From: Geotalea daltonii FRC-32
GTDB lineage: Bacteria > Desulfobacterota > Desulfuromonadia > Geobacterales > Geobacteraceae
Assembly: GCF_000022265.1 (NCBI RefSeq)
Contig: NC_011979.1
Coordinates: forward strand, 1,020,001 to 1,052,000
DNA length: 32,000 nucleotides
Direction of reading: 5' to 3'
Shown here: positions 22,505-31,441 of the stretch, in pieces
Layout of the letters: each line of letters starts with the position of its first letter
How positions within the stretch are numbered: the first letter of the stretch is position 1
Translations under genes and position numbers: made by a program
Notes under the pieces: generated by a model
Told to the model about the DNA's origin: nothing
Databases searched by the model: none
Seen by the model: only the letters and a program-made list of their open reading frames with translations

Positions 22505-23662
22505 CTATTTCCCTCCGGCTGCGGCGAAGGCTACCCGGTCCCCATCCTTGAGGTTGAAGCTGCCGCGGTTCACATAGCGTTCGCCCGTTTTCAGCCCTGC
22601 CGTTATTTCCACCATCTCGCCGCTGACCGTGCCGATCTGCAGCTGGCGGCGTCTTGCCTGGTCTTTCTCCACCACGAACAGGGTCGCCTTCTTTGCCGTC
22701 AGGTCAAGCCCGCTCAGAATTCCGCGGGGAACCTGCAAGACGTTTTTCCTGACGCCGCAGATGATTTTTCCCTTGGCAAACAGTCCCCCCTTAAGGATTT
22801 CCGGCTCGTTGACCACTTCGGCGACCACTTTGAGGGAGCGGTCGGCAGCCTGGACCTCAGGGTTGATGAACATGATCCTTCCCTGGAAGGTCCTGCCGGG
22901 GACGCCGTCGGTGGTGAAAAGCAGCTTCTGTCCAACCTGCAGACGGGCCATTTCTGCCGACGGCACAGTAAATGTCAGGTTTAGCAGGCGGTTGTCGACG
23001 ATCTTGAAGATCGGCATGGCGGCAGCGGCGTCGCTGGCCAGATCGCCCACATTGACAGCGCGCAGGGCGACGGTGCCGTTGATGGGGGAGAAGACCATTC
23101 CCTTCGCCTGGCGCAGCTTCGCCTGGCGATGCTCCTCTTCGGCGACCCGGATACCGGCACGGCTCGCCTCGATGCGGGCGGCAGCGGCGGCAGCTTCCGT
23201 ATCCGCATCATCCACGGCCTGCTGGGTGGCGAGCCCCGCCTCTTTCAGCTTATTCACCCGTGCCAGCTCCCTGTCCGCCCGTTTTGCTGCTACCTCTGTC
23301 TGGGCCAGGTTTGCCCTGGCCGACTTGATGGCGGCCTCGGTCCGCTTGACGGTTGCTTCCGTTTCGGCCACGTCGATCCTTGCCAGGAGGGTCCCCTTCT
23401 TCACCCGCACCCATTCGGTGACATAAACCTGTTTCACCAGGCCTGGAATCTGGGTCTTTACCTCGGCGAAGAATTTTGGCTCCAGGGTGCCCGTTACTTC
23501 CACCCCTTCCTCAAGGTCGGCAGCGGCAGCAACGGCAACTTCCACGGCTACCGGCGGTTTGACAGTGCTTTCACCCTTGCCGGCAGCTGCTCCTCCGCTT
23601 TTCGAGCAGCCCATGGTTCCAGCCGCCAGGCATAGTACGCACAGCATCAGCAGTTGCTTCAT
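22505..23662 (-). CDS. RND efflux membrane fusion (periplasmic adaptor) lipoprotein
   Basis: 385 aa. Signal plus Cys (LAAGTMGCSK). HlyD/AcrA-type lipoyl, coiled-coil (alanine-rich heptads) and beta-barrel pattern. Confidence 0.9.
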   Translation of the reverse strand: MKQLLMLCVLCLAAGTMGCSKSGGAAAGKGESTVKPPVAVEVAVAAAADLEEGVEVTGTLEPKFFAEVKTQIPGLVKQVYVTEWVRVKKGTLLARIDVAETEATVKRTEAAIKSARANLAQTEVAAKRADRELARVNKLKEAGLATQQAVDDADTEAAAAAARIEASRAGIRVAEEEHRQAKLRQAKGMVFSPINGTVALRAVNVGDLASDAAAAMPIFKIVDNRLLNLTFTVPSAEMARLQVGQKLLFTTDGVPGRTFQGRIMFINPEVQAADRSLKVVAEVVNEPEILKGGLFAKGKIICGVRKNVLQVPRGILSGLDLTAKKATLFVVEKDQARRRQLQIGTVSGEMVEITAGLKTGERYVNRGSFNLKDGDRVAFAAAGGK

Positions 23663-23699
23663 TTCTTCATCCCCTTTTCTTGGAGTAGTTGTCCTGTCT

Positions 23700-24296
23700 T
23701 TATCCGGGCGTCATCAGCCCCTGCAACACCATGCCCAGCATGCGCTCCATCTGTCTACTGTCAATGCGGGGCGGGGTCTGGCACAGTTGTTCTTCCATGG
23801 TGGTATTGAGTATGGAGACGATGATCCAGGCAGTGTCCCTCGTGTCATTGGCCACAAACTCTCCTTGGGCAATTCCCTCCTTCACCAGAGCTTCGACAGT
23901 CGCGACAATTCTTGAGTAATAGTCTTCGAAGTCAATGGGGGGAGCCCCTTGTGGCGGACCATAATAAATGGCATAAATGAGGCGGAGAACTTCGAGCCGG
24001 TCGATGACCAGTACCAGGAGCAATGAGCAGAAATGGATGATTTTTGCAGCGGCAGTCCCGGAAATGGTGGTCATCCTGTCCAGGGATGCATCGAACTGGG
24101 CGAAGGAGCTGTTCATCAGCTCCAGGTATATGCCTTCCTTGCTGCCGAAGTAATAGTAGAGTACCGGTTTGGTGACGCCCGATGCCTCGACAATTTCACG
24201 TACCGACGTTGCAGCATAACCCTTGTTGTTGAAAAGCGTCAAAGCTGAAGCCAGAAGCTTTTCCCTGACGCCGTCCTGTTTCTGTTGTTCTGCCAT
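23700..24296 (-). CDS. TetR/AcrR-family transcriptional repressor
   Basis: N-terminal HTH LFNNKGYAATSVREIVEASGVTKPVLYYYFGSKEGIY. ATG 24296 is preceded by GAGG with 6-nt spacing. The track ORF starts at GTG 24302. Confidence 0.9.
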   Translation of the reverse strand: MAEQQKQDGVREKLLASALTLFNNKGYAATSVREIVEASGVTKPVLYYYFGSKEGIYLELMNSSFAQFDASLDRMTTISGTAAAKIIHFCSLLLVLVIDRLEVLRLIYAIYYGPPQGAPPIDFEDYYSRIVATVEALVKEGIAQGEFVANDTRDTAWIIVSILNTTMEEQLCQTPPRIDSRQMERMLGMVLQGLMTPG

Positions 24297-24314
24297 GGTC
24301 ACCTCGCGTCAAAC

Positions 24315-24328
24315 TTACCGACCGGTAA
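24315..24328. promoter_or_regulatory. Candidate TetR operator 1
   Basis: TTACCGACCGGTAA, a 14-bp palindrome with one central mismatch. It overlaps the predicted -10/TSS of the tetR operon promoter. Confidence 0.5.
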
Positions 24329-24354
24329 ATACCATTAAGGAGCGGTTTGGTCAA
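24326..24354 (-). promoter_or_regulatory. Candidate sigma70 promoter of the tetR-MFP-RND operon
   Basis: On the minus strand: TTGACC (plus 24349..24354), 17-nt spacer, TATTTA (plus 24326..24331). Confidence 0.45.
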
Positions 24355-24361
24355 GGGGAAT

Positions 24362-24376
24362 CTACCGATCGGTAAG
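24362..24376. promoter_or_regulatory. Candidate TetR operator 2
   Basis: cTACCGATCGGTAag, with a 12-bp perfect palindrome core TACCGATCGGTA (24363..24374). It shares the TACCG..CGGTA half-sites with operator 1 and lies just upstream of the -35. Confidence 0.5.
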
Positions 24377-24409
24377 TAGCTGCCGTAGGGTGCCGGCAAA
24401 AGGAATGGA

Positions 24410-24438
24410 TTGATTTTTTCAGTCCGAATTTATATAGT
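24410..24438 (+). promoter_or_regulatory. Candidate sigma70 promoter for def-fmt
   Basis: TTGATT (24410..24415), 17-nt spacer, TATAGT (24433..24438). This implies a 5' UTR of about 100 nt containing a 9-bp stem-loop (TGCCTGTAC-cttgg-GTGCAGGCA). Confidence 0.45.
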
Positions 24439-24545
24439 GCATTGATGCCTGTACCTTGGGTGCAGGCAAATGGCTCCAAGTAACATTCACATCCGGTTCC
24501 CACCCGGAGCCGTGGAATTTGCCGGGCTTTGTATAAGGAAATGCC

Positions 24546-25061
24546 ATGATTAAAAAAATACTTACCTTTCCCGATCCGGAACTGAAAAAGAAATGCCAGC
24601 CGGTAACGGTTATTAACGATAAAGTCAGGGAACTGGTGCGGGACATGGCCGAGACCATGTACGACGCGCCGGGAGTTGGGCTGGCCGCGCCACAGATCGG
24701 TGTCCATCAGCGGGTGGTGGTCATTGACGTGACCGGGAAGGACGAGCAGCCCCAGTTACTGGTTGCCATAAACCCTGTCATTGTTCATGCCGACGGCGAG
24801 GCCTATGAAGAGGAAGGGTGCCTGTCCATTCCTAAATATGCTGCCAATGTGCGCAGGCATGAGCGGGTGGTGGTGAAGGCCCTGAATCTGGAGGGAGAGG
24901 AAGTCACCTTCAAGGCCGATGGCCTTCTCGCCATTGCCTTTCAACACGAGATCGACCATCTGGACGGCATTCTCTTCATCGACCACATTTCGCCCCTGAA
25001 GAGGGAGATATTCCGGCGCAAGTACCGCCGTACCATGGAAGACCTGCAGGAGGCGGGGTAA
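24546..25061 (+). CDS. def: Peptide deformylase
   Basis: The three deformylase motifs are present: GVGLAAPQIG, EGCLSIP and HEIDHLDG. AAGGAA SD. Confidence 0.95.
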   Translation: MIKKILTFPDPELKKKCQPVTVINDKVRELVRDMAETMYDAPGVGLAAPQIGVHQRVVVIDVTGKDEQPQLLVAINPVIVHADGEAYEEEGCLSIPKYAANVRRHERVVVKALNLEGEEVTFKADGLLAIAFQHEIDHLDGILFIDHISPLKREIFRRKYRRTMEDLQEAG

Positions 25062-26000
25062 ATGCGGATAATCTTTATGGGGACCCCGGAATTTGCCTGC
25101 CCCACCCTGCAAAAGCTGATCGACCGGAAGGAGGAGGTCGTTGCCGTAATAACCCAGCCGGACCGTCCCAGGGGGCGCGGCCAGCAGACCTTGCCGCCGC
25201 CGGTAAAGGTGCTGGCGGAGCAGCATGGTATCCCGGTGATGCAGCCGGTCAAGGTACGGGTTCCCGAGGTGGTGGAGAGCATCCGCGAGCTGGCTCCCGA
25301 TTTGATCGTTGTCGTTGCCTTTGGCCAGATCCTTCCCAAGAGTCTGCTGGACATTCCCCCATATGGCTGCATCAATGTCCATGCCTCGCTTTTGCCCCGC
25401 TGGCGGGGTGCGGCACCGCTCAACTGGTGCATTATCGACGGTGACACGGAAACCGGGGTCACCACCATGATGATGGATGTGGGGCTTGACACCGGTGACA
25501 TGCTGTTAAAAAAAACAACCTCCATCGACCCGGACGAGAACACCCAGTCGCTGCACGACCGCTTGTCAATTATTGGCGCCGACGCCCTTGCCGAGACCCT
25601 CGATCTGCTCAATGCAGGGAAGCTGGTCCGGGAAAAGCAGGATGACGCCCTGACCTGCTATGCATCCATGCTGAAGAAGGAAGACGGGCTCATCGACTGG
25701 AGCAGGGACCCCCGGTCCGTAAAGAACCTGGTGCGTGGCATGACCCCCTGGCCGGGCACCTACACATTTCTAGACGGCAAAATGCTCAAGGTCTACCGGG
25801 TGAGAATTGCCGAAGGTGAAGGCGAGCCTGGGACGGTGATCGGTGCCGGCAGGCAGGGGCTGGAGGTTGCCTGTACCGGTGGAAGTGTCATCATCGAAGA
25901 ACTGCAGCTGGAAGGCAAGAAGAGGCTTCCTGCCGGCGACTTCCTTGCCGGTTACAAGATCGCTACCGGAGCAAAGCTCGGGCATAAGGATGCAGCTTGA
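25062..26000 (+). CDS. fmt: Methionyl-tRNA formyltransferase
   Basis: MRIIFMGTPEFA.., ..INVHASLLPRWRGAAP.., and a C-terminal formyltransferase domain. The ATG directly abuts the def stop. Confidence 0.95.
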   Translation: MRIIFMGTPEFACPTLQKLIDRKEEVVAVITQPDRPRGRGQQTLPPPVKVLAEQHGIPVMQPVKVRVPEVVESIRELAPDLIVVVAFGQILPKSLLDIPPYGCINVHASLLPRWRGAAPLNWCIIDGDTETGVTTMMMDVGLDTGDMLLKKTTSIDPDENTQSLHDRLSIIGADALAETLDLLNAGKLVREKQDDALTCYASMLKKEDGLIDWSRDPRSVKNLVRGMTPWPGTYTFLDGKMLKVYRVRIAEGEGEPGTVIGAGRQGLEVACTGGSVIIEELQLEGKKRLPAGDFLAGYKIATGAKLGHKDAA

Positions 26001-26764
26001 CCAGTAAATTACCCCAAACTCCTCCCCGCAAACGTCTCTTTGTTGCGCTGATGGGGGTCACCTGTTTTCTGATCGTCGGCATCATTTACCTGTTCTGGTG
26101 GGTGCCGACCACGGGTCTGGCCAACATTCATCCGGATCTGCCACGTCTGGCCGGAGTTATATTCGCCGCACTTTCGGGAGTCGCCCTGTTCGGCACACTG
26201 CTCCTGGTTCTGACCACCGCTTTCGGGAAAGATATATTCTTTACCCGCTTCATGCGCGGCGTAGTCATCAAGTTCCTCCTGCCGGTCATAGAGTTCATCG
26301 GCACCATCTTCGGTATCGCCAAGGATACCATCCGCCAGTCCTTCGTCGCCATGAACAACAGCCTGGTCACCTCGCAACACCTGAAGGTTCGCCCGGACCG
26401 CATTCTTATCCTGCTTCCCCATTGTCTGCAGCTCTTCGACTGCGAGATCAAGGTCACCGGCGACATCAACAAATGTATCCGTTGTGGCCGCTGCGACATC
26501 AAAGGATTGGCCGAGCTGGCGCAGAAATACAACATCGACATTTCCGTGGCCACCGGCGGTACCCTGGCCCGCAAAGTCATCATCGAGAGAAAGCCGAAGC
26601 TGGTGGTGGCCGTCGCCTGCGAACGTGACCTCACCTCCGGCATCAAGGACTGTTATCCCCTGCCGGTGATCGGGGTCCTCAATGATCGCCCCTTCGGCCC
26701 CTGCTTCAATACCAAGGTGGATGTGGAAAAGATAGAAGAGGCGCTGAGATTGGTGCTGCCCTGA
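25997..26764 (+). CDS. DUF116 family membrane/Cys-rich protein
   Basis: N-terminal TM helices, then LLPHCLQ..CIRCGRCDIKGL..VATGGTLARKVI..VAVACERDLTSGI, typical of DUF116. The TTG start overlaps the fmt stop (TTGA). The start is uncertain; ATG 26051 is an alternative. Confidence 0.7.
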   Translation: MTSKLPQTPPRKRLFVALMGVTCFLIVGIIYLFWWVPTTGLANIHPDLPRLAGVIFAALSGVALFGTLLLVLTTAFGKDIFFTRFMRGVVIKFLLPVIEFIGTIFGIAKDTIRQSFVAMNNSLVTSQHLKVRPDRILILLPHCLQLFDCEIKVTGDINKCIRCGRCDIKGLAELAQKYNIDISVATGGTLARKVIIERKPKLVVAVACERDLTSGIKDCYPLPVIGVLNDRPFGPCFNTKVDVEKIEEALRLVLP

Positions 26765-26771
26765 TGTGCAG

Positions 26772-27749
26772 ATGAAAACGAAACGTGTATTCCTGATCAA
26801 TCCTTTTAATTCTGCGGTATTACTAGCAGTGCTTTTGTTTTTTCTCATTGCCTCTCCTGCTGTTGCTGCAGATAAAATCTCCGGTTATAAATCCATTTTT
26901 CACGTATGTCGAGACGAAGCGGGTAACCTGCAGCTGGCCATCCGCCAGTTCATACTAGACGGCGTCACTTATCTGCTCCTGGTAAATCCGCGCAGCCTGC
27001 AAACTTCCATTGTCCCGGCCTCCACTACAACTTCCGCATCTGCCGGCGAGGCGGACGCGGCAGCGCATTCCCCCTTTTCCACGGCACTGGAGCGTCTTAC
27101 AGCACAACCCCGGTTGCAGAATGCCGGACTGACCCATGGGGAATCGTCCAAGAACGGGCTGTTTCTGAGCGTGGATCTATGTCCGTCGAAGAAGCCGTTC
27201 GAGCGTGAAATGTTCACTGTCGTGGCTGATCTGGCTGGAAAAACAGGCGGTCCCGTGCCGGTAGCTGTGGCAATAACCGGTTACTGGCTGGCCCATCACC
27301 AGGGTGAAATGGAGTGGCTCAAGGGGGAAATGGCCGGAGGCAGGCTGGCTATCACCTGGGTCAATCACTCCCACAGCCATCCCTATGATCCCAAAAAGCC
27401 GTTCAATCTGAATTTTCTGCTGACCCCAACGGTGGACTTCGAACAAGAAGTCCTGTCCACAGAGATGGCGCTGCTTGAAAACGGCCTATTGCCGTCGATA
27501 TTTTTCCGTTTTCCGGGATTGGTGGCCGATGGCAGATTATTGAAAAAGTTGCGCCAGCTGTCACTGATACCGGTGGGGAGCGATGCCTGGCTTGCCAAGG
27601 GGGAAACTCCGACAAACGGCAGTATTGTCCTGGTTCATGGCAACGGTAATGAACCACAGGGAATAAGGAAGCTGCTGCCGCTCCTTCGCAGCGACAACCC
27701 TCCAAGGCTTCTGCCGCTCCAAGATGCTGTTGCCGGCAGTGCGCCCTAG
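26772..27749 (+). CDS. Secreted polysaccharide-deacetylase-like (CE4/NodB-fold) protein
   Basis: Signal peptide ..LLFFLIASPAVAADK. CE4-like motif series: LSVDLCPS (motif 1 variant), NHSHSHP (H-S-x-x-H), FRFPGL (RxP) and VLVHGNG (LxH). Assignment is by motif resemblance only. Confidence 0.5.
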   Translation: MKTKRVFLINPFNSAVLLAVLLFFLIASPAVAADKISGYKSIFHVCRDEAGNLQLAIRQFILDGVTYLLLVNPRSLQTSIVPASTTTSASAGEADAAAHSPFSTALERLTAQPRLQNAGLTHGESSKNGLFLSVDLCPSKKPFEREMFTVVADLAGKTGGPVPVAVAITGYWLAHHQGEMEWLKGEMAGGRLAITWVNHSHSHPYDPKKPFNLNFLLTPTVDFEQEVLSTEMALLENGLLPSIFFRFPGLVADGRLLKKLRQLSLIPVGSDAWLAKGETPTNGSIVLVHGNGNEPQGIRKLLPLLRSDNPPRLLPLQDAVAGSAP

Positions 27750-27791
27750 CTAAATAAGTTCAGATATTGACTCTGATTTACGGATTATCCC

Positions 27792-28124
27792 ATGCAATTT
27801 GCCGTCAAGCTTCTCCTGGCCAACCTGATTATCATCGCCTGCACCCAGATCGACAGGAAATTCCCCTCCCTGGGTGGACTCATTGCCACCATGCCGCTGA
27901 CGAGCTTGCTGGTTCTCCTCTGGCTCTACAGCGACAACCCCGGCGACTCCAGATTGATGACCGATTACACCAGGGGCGTTCTCTGGGGGGTCATCCCGAC
28001 CGTACTTTTCTTTGCCGTGGCCCTGGTTTGTTTCCGCCGCCAGTGGCCGCTGCCCCTCGTGCTTTCCGCTAGTTTCGCCGCCTGGCTGGCAGGGGCGGCA
28101 GTTCACCAGTGGCTGTTAAAATAG
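27792..28124 (+). CDS. DUF3147-like small integral membrane protein
   Basis: 110 aa with four hydrophobic segments. GGLIATMPLTSLLVLLWLY resembles DUF3147. Confidence 0.45.
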   Translation: MQFAVKLLLANLIIIACTQIDRKFPSLGGLIATMPLTSLLVLLWLYSDNPGDSRLMTDYTRGVLWGVIPTVLFFAVALVCFRRQWPLPLVLSASFAAWLAGAAVHQWLLK

Positions 28125-28135
28125 AAGGTTTCCAT

Positions 28136-29023
28136 ATGAAATATCTCTTCGCTGCATGTTTCATTCTTATTGCATGCTCCTGCTTCGCCGCCGAATCGGC
28201 TCCACGTTATGCAGTGGCCCAGCTGCCGACACCGGTGTTGAATACCCCCAATTTTGCCGCCGTTTTCGGTGGTCGTGACGGGCGCTCGCTCCAGACCGAC
28301 GACTGCGGACTGATCCGGGCCATGGAGTTCATCGCCCTGCCGGGAACGGCATTCACCATCGAGGAAGAGCTGACGCGGGGAAAGCTGCGCATCTTCAAGG
28401 TTACAACTGCCGATTACCCCTACCGCAGCAAAACAGGCTATTACATCGACCGCCGGTTCGTCCGCCTGACGGACAAAAAGCCCATAGAGCGCTCCCGCCG
28501 GCTGCCATCGCGCCAGGCCATCATCGACGACATGCTTGCCGCCAGGGGGAGCCGCTATGTCTGGGGAGGGAATATCCGCCTGGGCATAGACCAGATGCAC
28601 TCCTTTTTCAGCCCTGCAGGAACCATCAGTGCCGAAACAGCCGACCTCTGGCGGCTTAAGGGGGTGGATTGCTCCGGCCTTCTTTACCAGGCAACCAACG
28701 GTTTCACCCCCCGCAATACCAGCGAACTGGTCGGCTATGGCAGTCCGGTCCCCATCGCCGGAAAGGACATTGACCAAATCGCAAAGGAGGTCGAACCCCT
28801 TGACCTGATTGTCTGGTCGGGTCATGTCATAATTGTCCTGGACAGGGAAAGGACTATCGAAAGCCGCCTGGACTGCGGCGGTACCGGCGGAGGCGTGGTT
28901 GTTCGCCCGCTCCGCCAGGTGCTGGCTGGCATCATGAAAGCACGGACTGCCGTCAATGACTATGCCGAAGCAACAAAGCCAGGGAAGAAAGGCTTTGTTA
29001 TCAGGCGTTGGTATCAAAGTTAA
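28136..29023 (+). CDS. NlpC/P60 (C40) cell-wall peptidase with N-terminal SH3-like domain, exported
   Basis: ATG 28136 is preceded by GAAGG. Signal peptide MKYLFAACFILIACSCFAAES. Contains RYVWGGN, the catalytic Cys in GVDCSGLLYQ, and the His in LIVWSGHVIIVLD. Confidence 0.8.
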   Translation: MKYLFAACFILIACSCFAAESAPRYAVAQLPTPVLNTPNFAAVFGGRDGRSLQTDDCGLIRAMEFIALPGTAFTIEEELTRGKLRIFKVTTADYPYRSKTGYYIDRRFVRLTDKKPIERSRRLPSRQAIIDDMLAARGSRYVWGGNIRLGIDQMHSFFSPAGTISAETADLWRLKGVDCSGLLYQATNGFTPRNTSELVGYGSPVPIAGKDIDQIAKEVEPLDLIVWSGHVIIVLDRERTIESRLDCGGTGGGVVVRPLRQVLAGIMKARTAVNDYAEATKPGKKGFVIRRWYQS

Positions 29024-29065
29024 TTCCCATCTGCCGCCTCCTACGCCTCTGCAGGCGCATCCCCA

Positions 29066-29093
29066 TTGACAACCGGCGCTTTTCTTCTATAGT
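29066..29093 (+). promoter_or_regulatory. Candidate sigma70 promoter for the EEP-PLD pair
   Basis: TTGACA (29066..29071), 16-nt spacer, TATAGT (29088..29093). Confidence 0.5.
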
Positions 29094-29119
29094 TGATTAA
29101 CAAATTCACATTTTACTGA

Positions 29120-29896
29120 ATGTTGATCGACATTTTCCAGCCATCACACCCGGCCATGACAATCCATTTTTCGGTAATGACCTATAATGTCCATAGCTGC
29201 ATCGGCATGGACGGCAAAGTTTCTCCCCTGAGGATTGCCGAGGTGATCGCCCACTACGACCCGGACATTGTCGCACTGCAGGAACTGGATGCAGGTCTGA
29301 CCCGTTCCGACCTGGTGGACCAAGCTCACCTGATCGCCAAGAGCCTGGAAATGTCCTACCATTTTCATTCCTCCATTCAGGTGGAAGAGGGGGAATACGG
29401 CAATGCCATTCTCAGCCGCTTCCCCATCCATCTGGTAAAAGGGGGGGCGCTGCCGACGCACCCGGTGAATAAAAACCTGGAGCGGCGAGGTGCCGTCTGG
29501 GCCGAGGTTGAACTGAAGGGGATACGGGTGCAGGTGGTGGCGACGCATCTGGGTCTTAACCGCCGGGAGCGCATGTGCCAGGCCAACGCACTTTCCGGTC
29601 CCGATTGGCTTGGGCACCCGGACTGCCGGCCTCCTGTCATCCTCTGCGGTGACTTCAATGCACTTCCCGGATCTTTCGTTTACCGGCACTTCATTCGCAG
29701 CCTCCATGATGCCCATCGCAAGGGAAGGGGGAGACGGCTGAAAGGTACCTGGCCGGTCCGGCTTCCCTTGATGCGCATTGACTACCTCTTCGTTACTCCT
29801 GATATCACGGTAAGACGCATCAGCGCCCACAGAACCCCGCTGACCATGGCGGCTTCCGATCATCTGCCGCTGGTGGCGGCACTGGAGCTGTCATGA
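29120..29896 (+). CDS. Endonuclease/exonuclease/phosphatase (EEP) family protein, YbhP-like
   Basis: VMTYNVHSCIG.., DIVALQELD, GNAILSR, VVATHL, LCGDFN and ASDHLPLV form the EEP motif series. The start is uncertain (ATG 29120, 29156 or 29177). Confidence 0.8.
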   Translation: MLIDIFQPSHPAMTIHFSVMTYNVHSCIGMDGKVSPLRIAEVIAHYDPDIVALQELDAGLTRSDLVDQAHLIAKSLEMSYHFHSSIQVEEGEYGNAILSRFPIHLVKGGALPTHPVNKNLERRGAVWAEVELKGIRVQVVATHLGLNRRERMCQANALSGPDWLGHPDCRPPVILCGDFNALPGSFVYRHFIRSLHDAHRKGRGRRLKGTWPVRLPLMRIDYLFVTPDITVRRISAHRTPLTMAASDHLPLVAALELS

Positions 29897-31422
29897 GTAT
29901 ACTTAAGCCCGGAGTCAACTGCATGGGGATCTACAAGGTCCGGGAATCAGGTCTCCTGATCGATGCCTGTGACTATTACCGTGCCTTCTACCATGCTGCC
30001 CGCCATGCCCGGCACAATATCCTCATGGCCGGCTGGCAATTCGACTCGGAAGTGCGTCTCATCAGGGGAAAAGAGGCCCAGTTGGCGGATGGTGACGTGC
30101 GCTTTCTCGCCTTCCTCGAATCACTCTGCGAAAAGAACCCGGAACTGGAGATATACATCCTCGCCTGGGATTTCAGTATCTTCTTTTCACTGGAACGGGA
30201 ATGGTTCCAGGACCTGATCTTCAACTGGTCCACCAACGAGAGGATTCATTTCACCTTTGACGGCAAGCATGCCGTCAATGCCACCCATCACCAGAAATTC
30301 GTCATCATCGATGGCCAACTGGCTTTCGTCGGTGGCATCGACATCTGTTCGGACCGCTGGGATGACCGTCGCCATCTGCGGCACAATCCGGAACGAAAAA
30401 ATGTCGACGGCATCTCCTACGGCGCTTATCACGATATCCAGTCGTACCATACGGGCCCGGTAGTCAGGGAACTGCTGGGAGTATTTCAGGATCGGTGGGC
30501 CGAGGCAGGAGGGGAAACCATAGTCTTTCCCACGGTCAATGGGCATTTGCCAAAGGTCGACGGGGCTGCCCTTCCCCTGCCGGCAGGTTCCGTAGCAATA
30601 AGCCGGACCCAGGCCCGTGATCTGCTTGCCCTACGCGAGCAGATCCAGGAGATTCGCCGCTTGTTCATCGATGCGATCATGGCTGCCGATCGGCTGGTCT
30701 ATATGGAAAACCAGTACTTCAGTTCCCAGGCGATTTTTTGGGCGCTGGTATCGAGGATGAAAGAGCGGCAGCGGCCGAAGCTTGAGATTGTCTTGATCCT
30801 GCCCGACAGGCTTCCTTTTACCGAAGAACTGTTTCTTGGCCTGCCCCAGATGAAGATGCTTAAAGGGCTGAAGGAGGTGGCCGCCGAGAACGGCCACCGT
30901 CTGGGGATCTATTCCACCGTCTGTACCGACAATGGCGAGAGAAACATGACTTTCATCCACTCCAAGCTGATGCTTGTGGATGACCGGTTCCTGACGGTGG
31001 GTTCGGCCAATGCCACCAACAGGAGTCTGGGGCTCGATACGGAACTGAACATGAGCTGGGAGGCGGAGGTTGGGGAGGGGAGGGAACTTGAAGAATCGAT
31101 CCGCCGGGTGCGTATCTCCCTTCTGACCGAGCATTCGGCGATGTACGATGAAGGGGCGGAAAACAGACTGGGGCAGATCGAAGGGCTGGTGGATTATCTG
31201 GACTCGCTGGTGGATAATAAGGAGAGCCGGCTTTGTCTGTATCAGCCGGATCAGTCTCTGGAGGGGATCGGCTGGCAGGGGGCGCTGGAACCGGTGACCC
31301 GTATCGTGGATCCCGAGCGGCCCCAGGTGGAAGAATTCGTCTTTGAAAGCCTGTCAAGATTTGAAACAAGCAAGTTCACCAGAGGGATATTACTTCTGGG
31401 GCAGTGGCTGTCCGGTCTTTAA
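29893..31422 (+). CDS. Phospholipase D superfamily protein with two HKD motifs (ClsB-like cardiolipin synthase / PLD)
   Basis: HKD 1 is HHQKFVIIDGQLAFVGGIDI. HKD 2 is IHSKLMLVDDRFLTVGSANATNRS. No obvious TM helix. The ATG overlaps the EEP stop (ATGA at 29893..29896). Confidence 0.85.
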   Translation: MSILKPGVNCMGIYKVRESGLLIDACDYYRAFYHAARHARHNILMAGWQFDSEVRLIRGKEAQLADGDVRFLAFLESLCEKNPELEIYILAWDFSIFFSLEREWFQDLIFNWSTNERIHFTFDGKHAVNATHHQKFVIIDGQLAFVGGIDICSDRWDDRRHLRHNPERKNVDGISYGAYHDIQSYHTGPVVRELLGVFQDRWAEAGGETIVFPTVNGHLPKVDGAALPLPAGSVAISRTQARDLLALREQIQEIRRLFIDAIMAADRLVYMENQYFSSQAIFWALVSRMKERQRPKLEIVLILPDRLPFTEELFLGLPQMKMLKGLKEVAAENGHRLGIYSTVCTDNGERNMTFIHSKLMLVDDRFLTVGSANATNRSLGLDTELNMSWEAEVGEGRELEESIRRVRISLLTEHSAMYDEGAENRLGQIEGLVDYLDSLVDNKESRLCLYQPDQSLEGIGWQGALEPVTRIVDPERPQVEEFVFESLSRFETSKFTRGILLLGQWLSGL

Positions 31423-31441
31423 CAGGATCAAAATAACTTCT

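Noticed and set aside
29120-31422. EEP + PLD pair as a two-nuclease anti-phage defence module.
   Set aside because: The PLD protein has two HKD motifs in one 509-aa chain with ClsB/PLD-like spacing. The EEP-PLD order mirrors E. coli ybhP-clsB. There are no ATPase, helicase, methylase or mobility genes nearby, and the surrounding genes are envelope enzymes.
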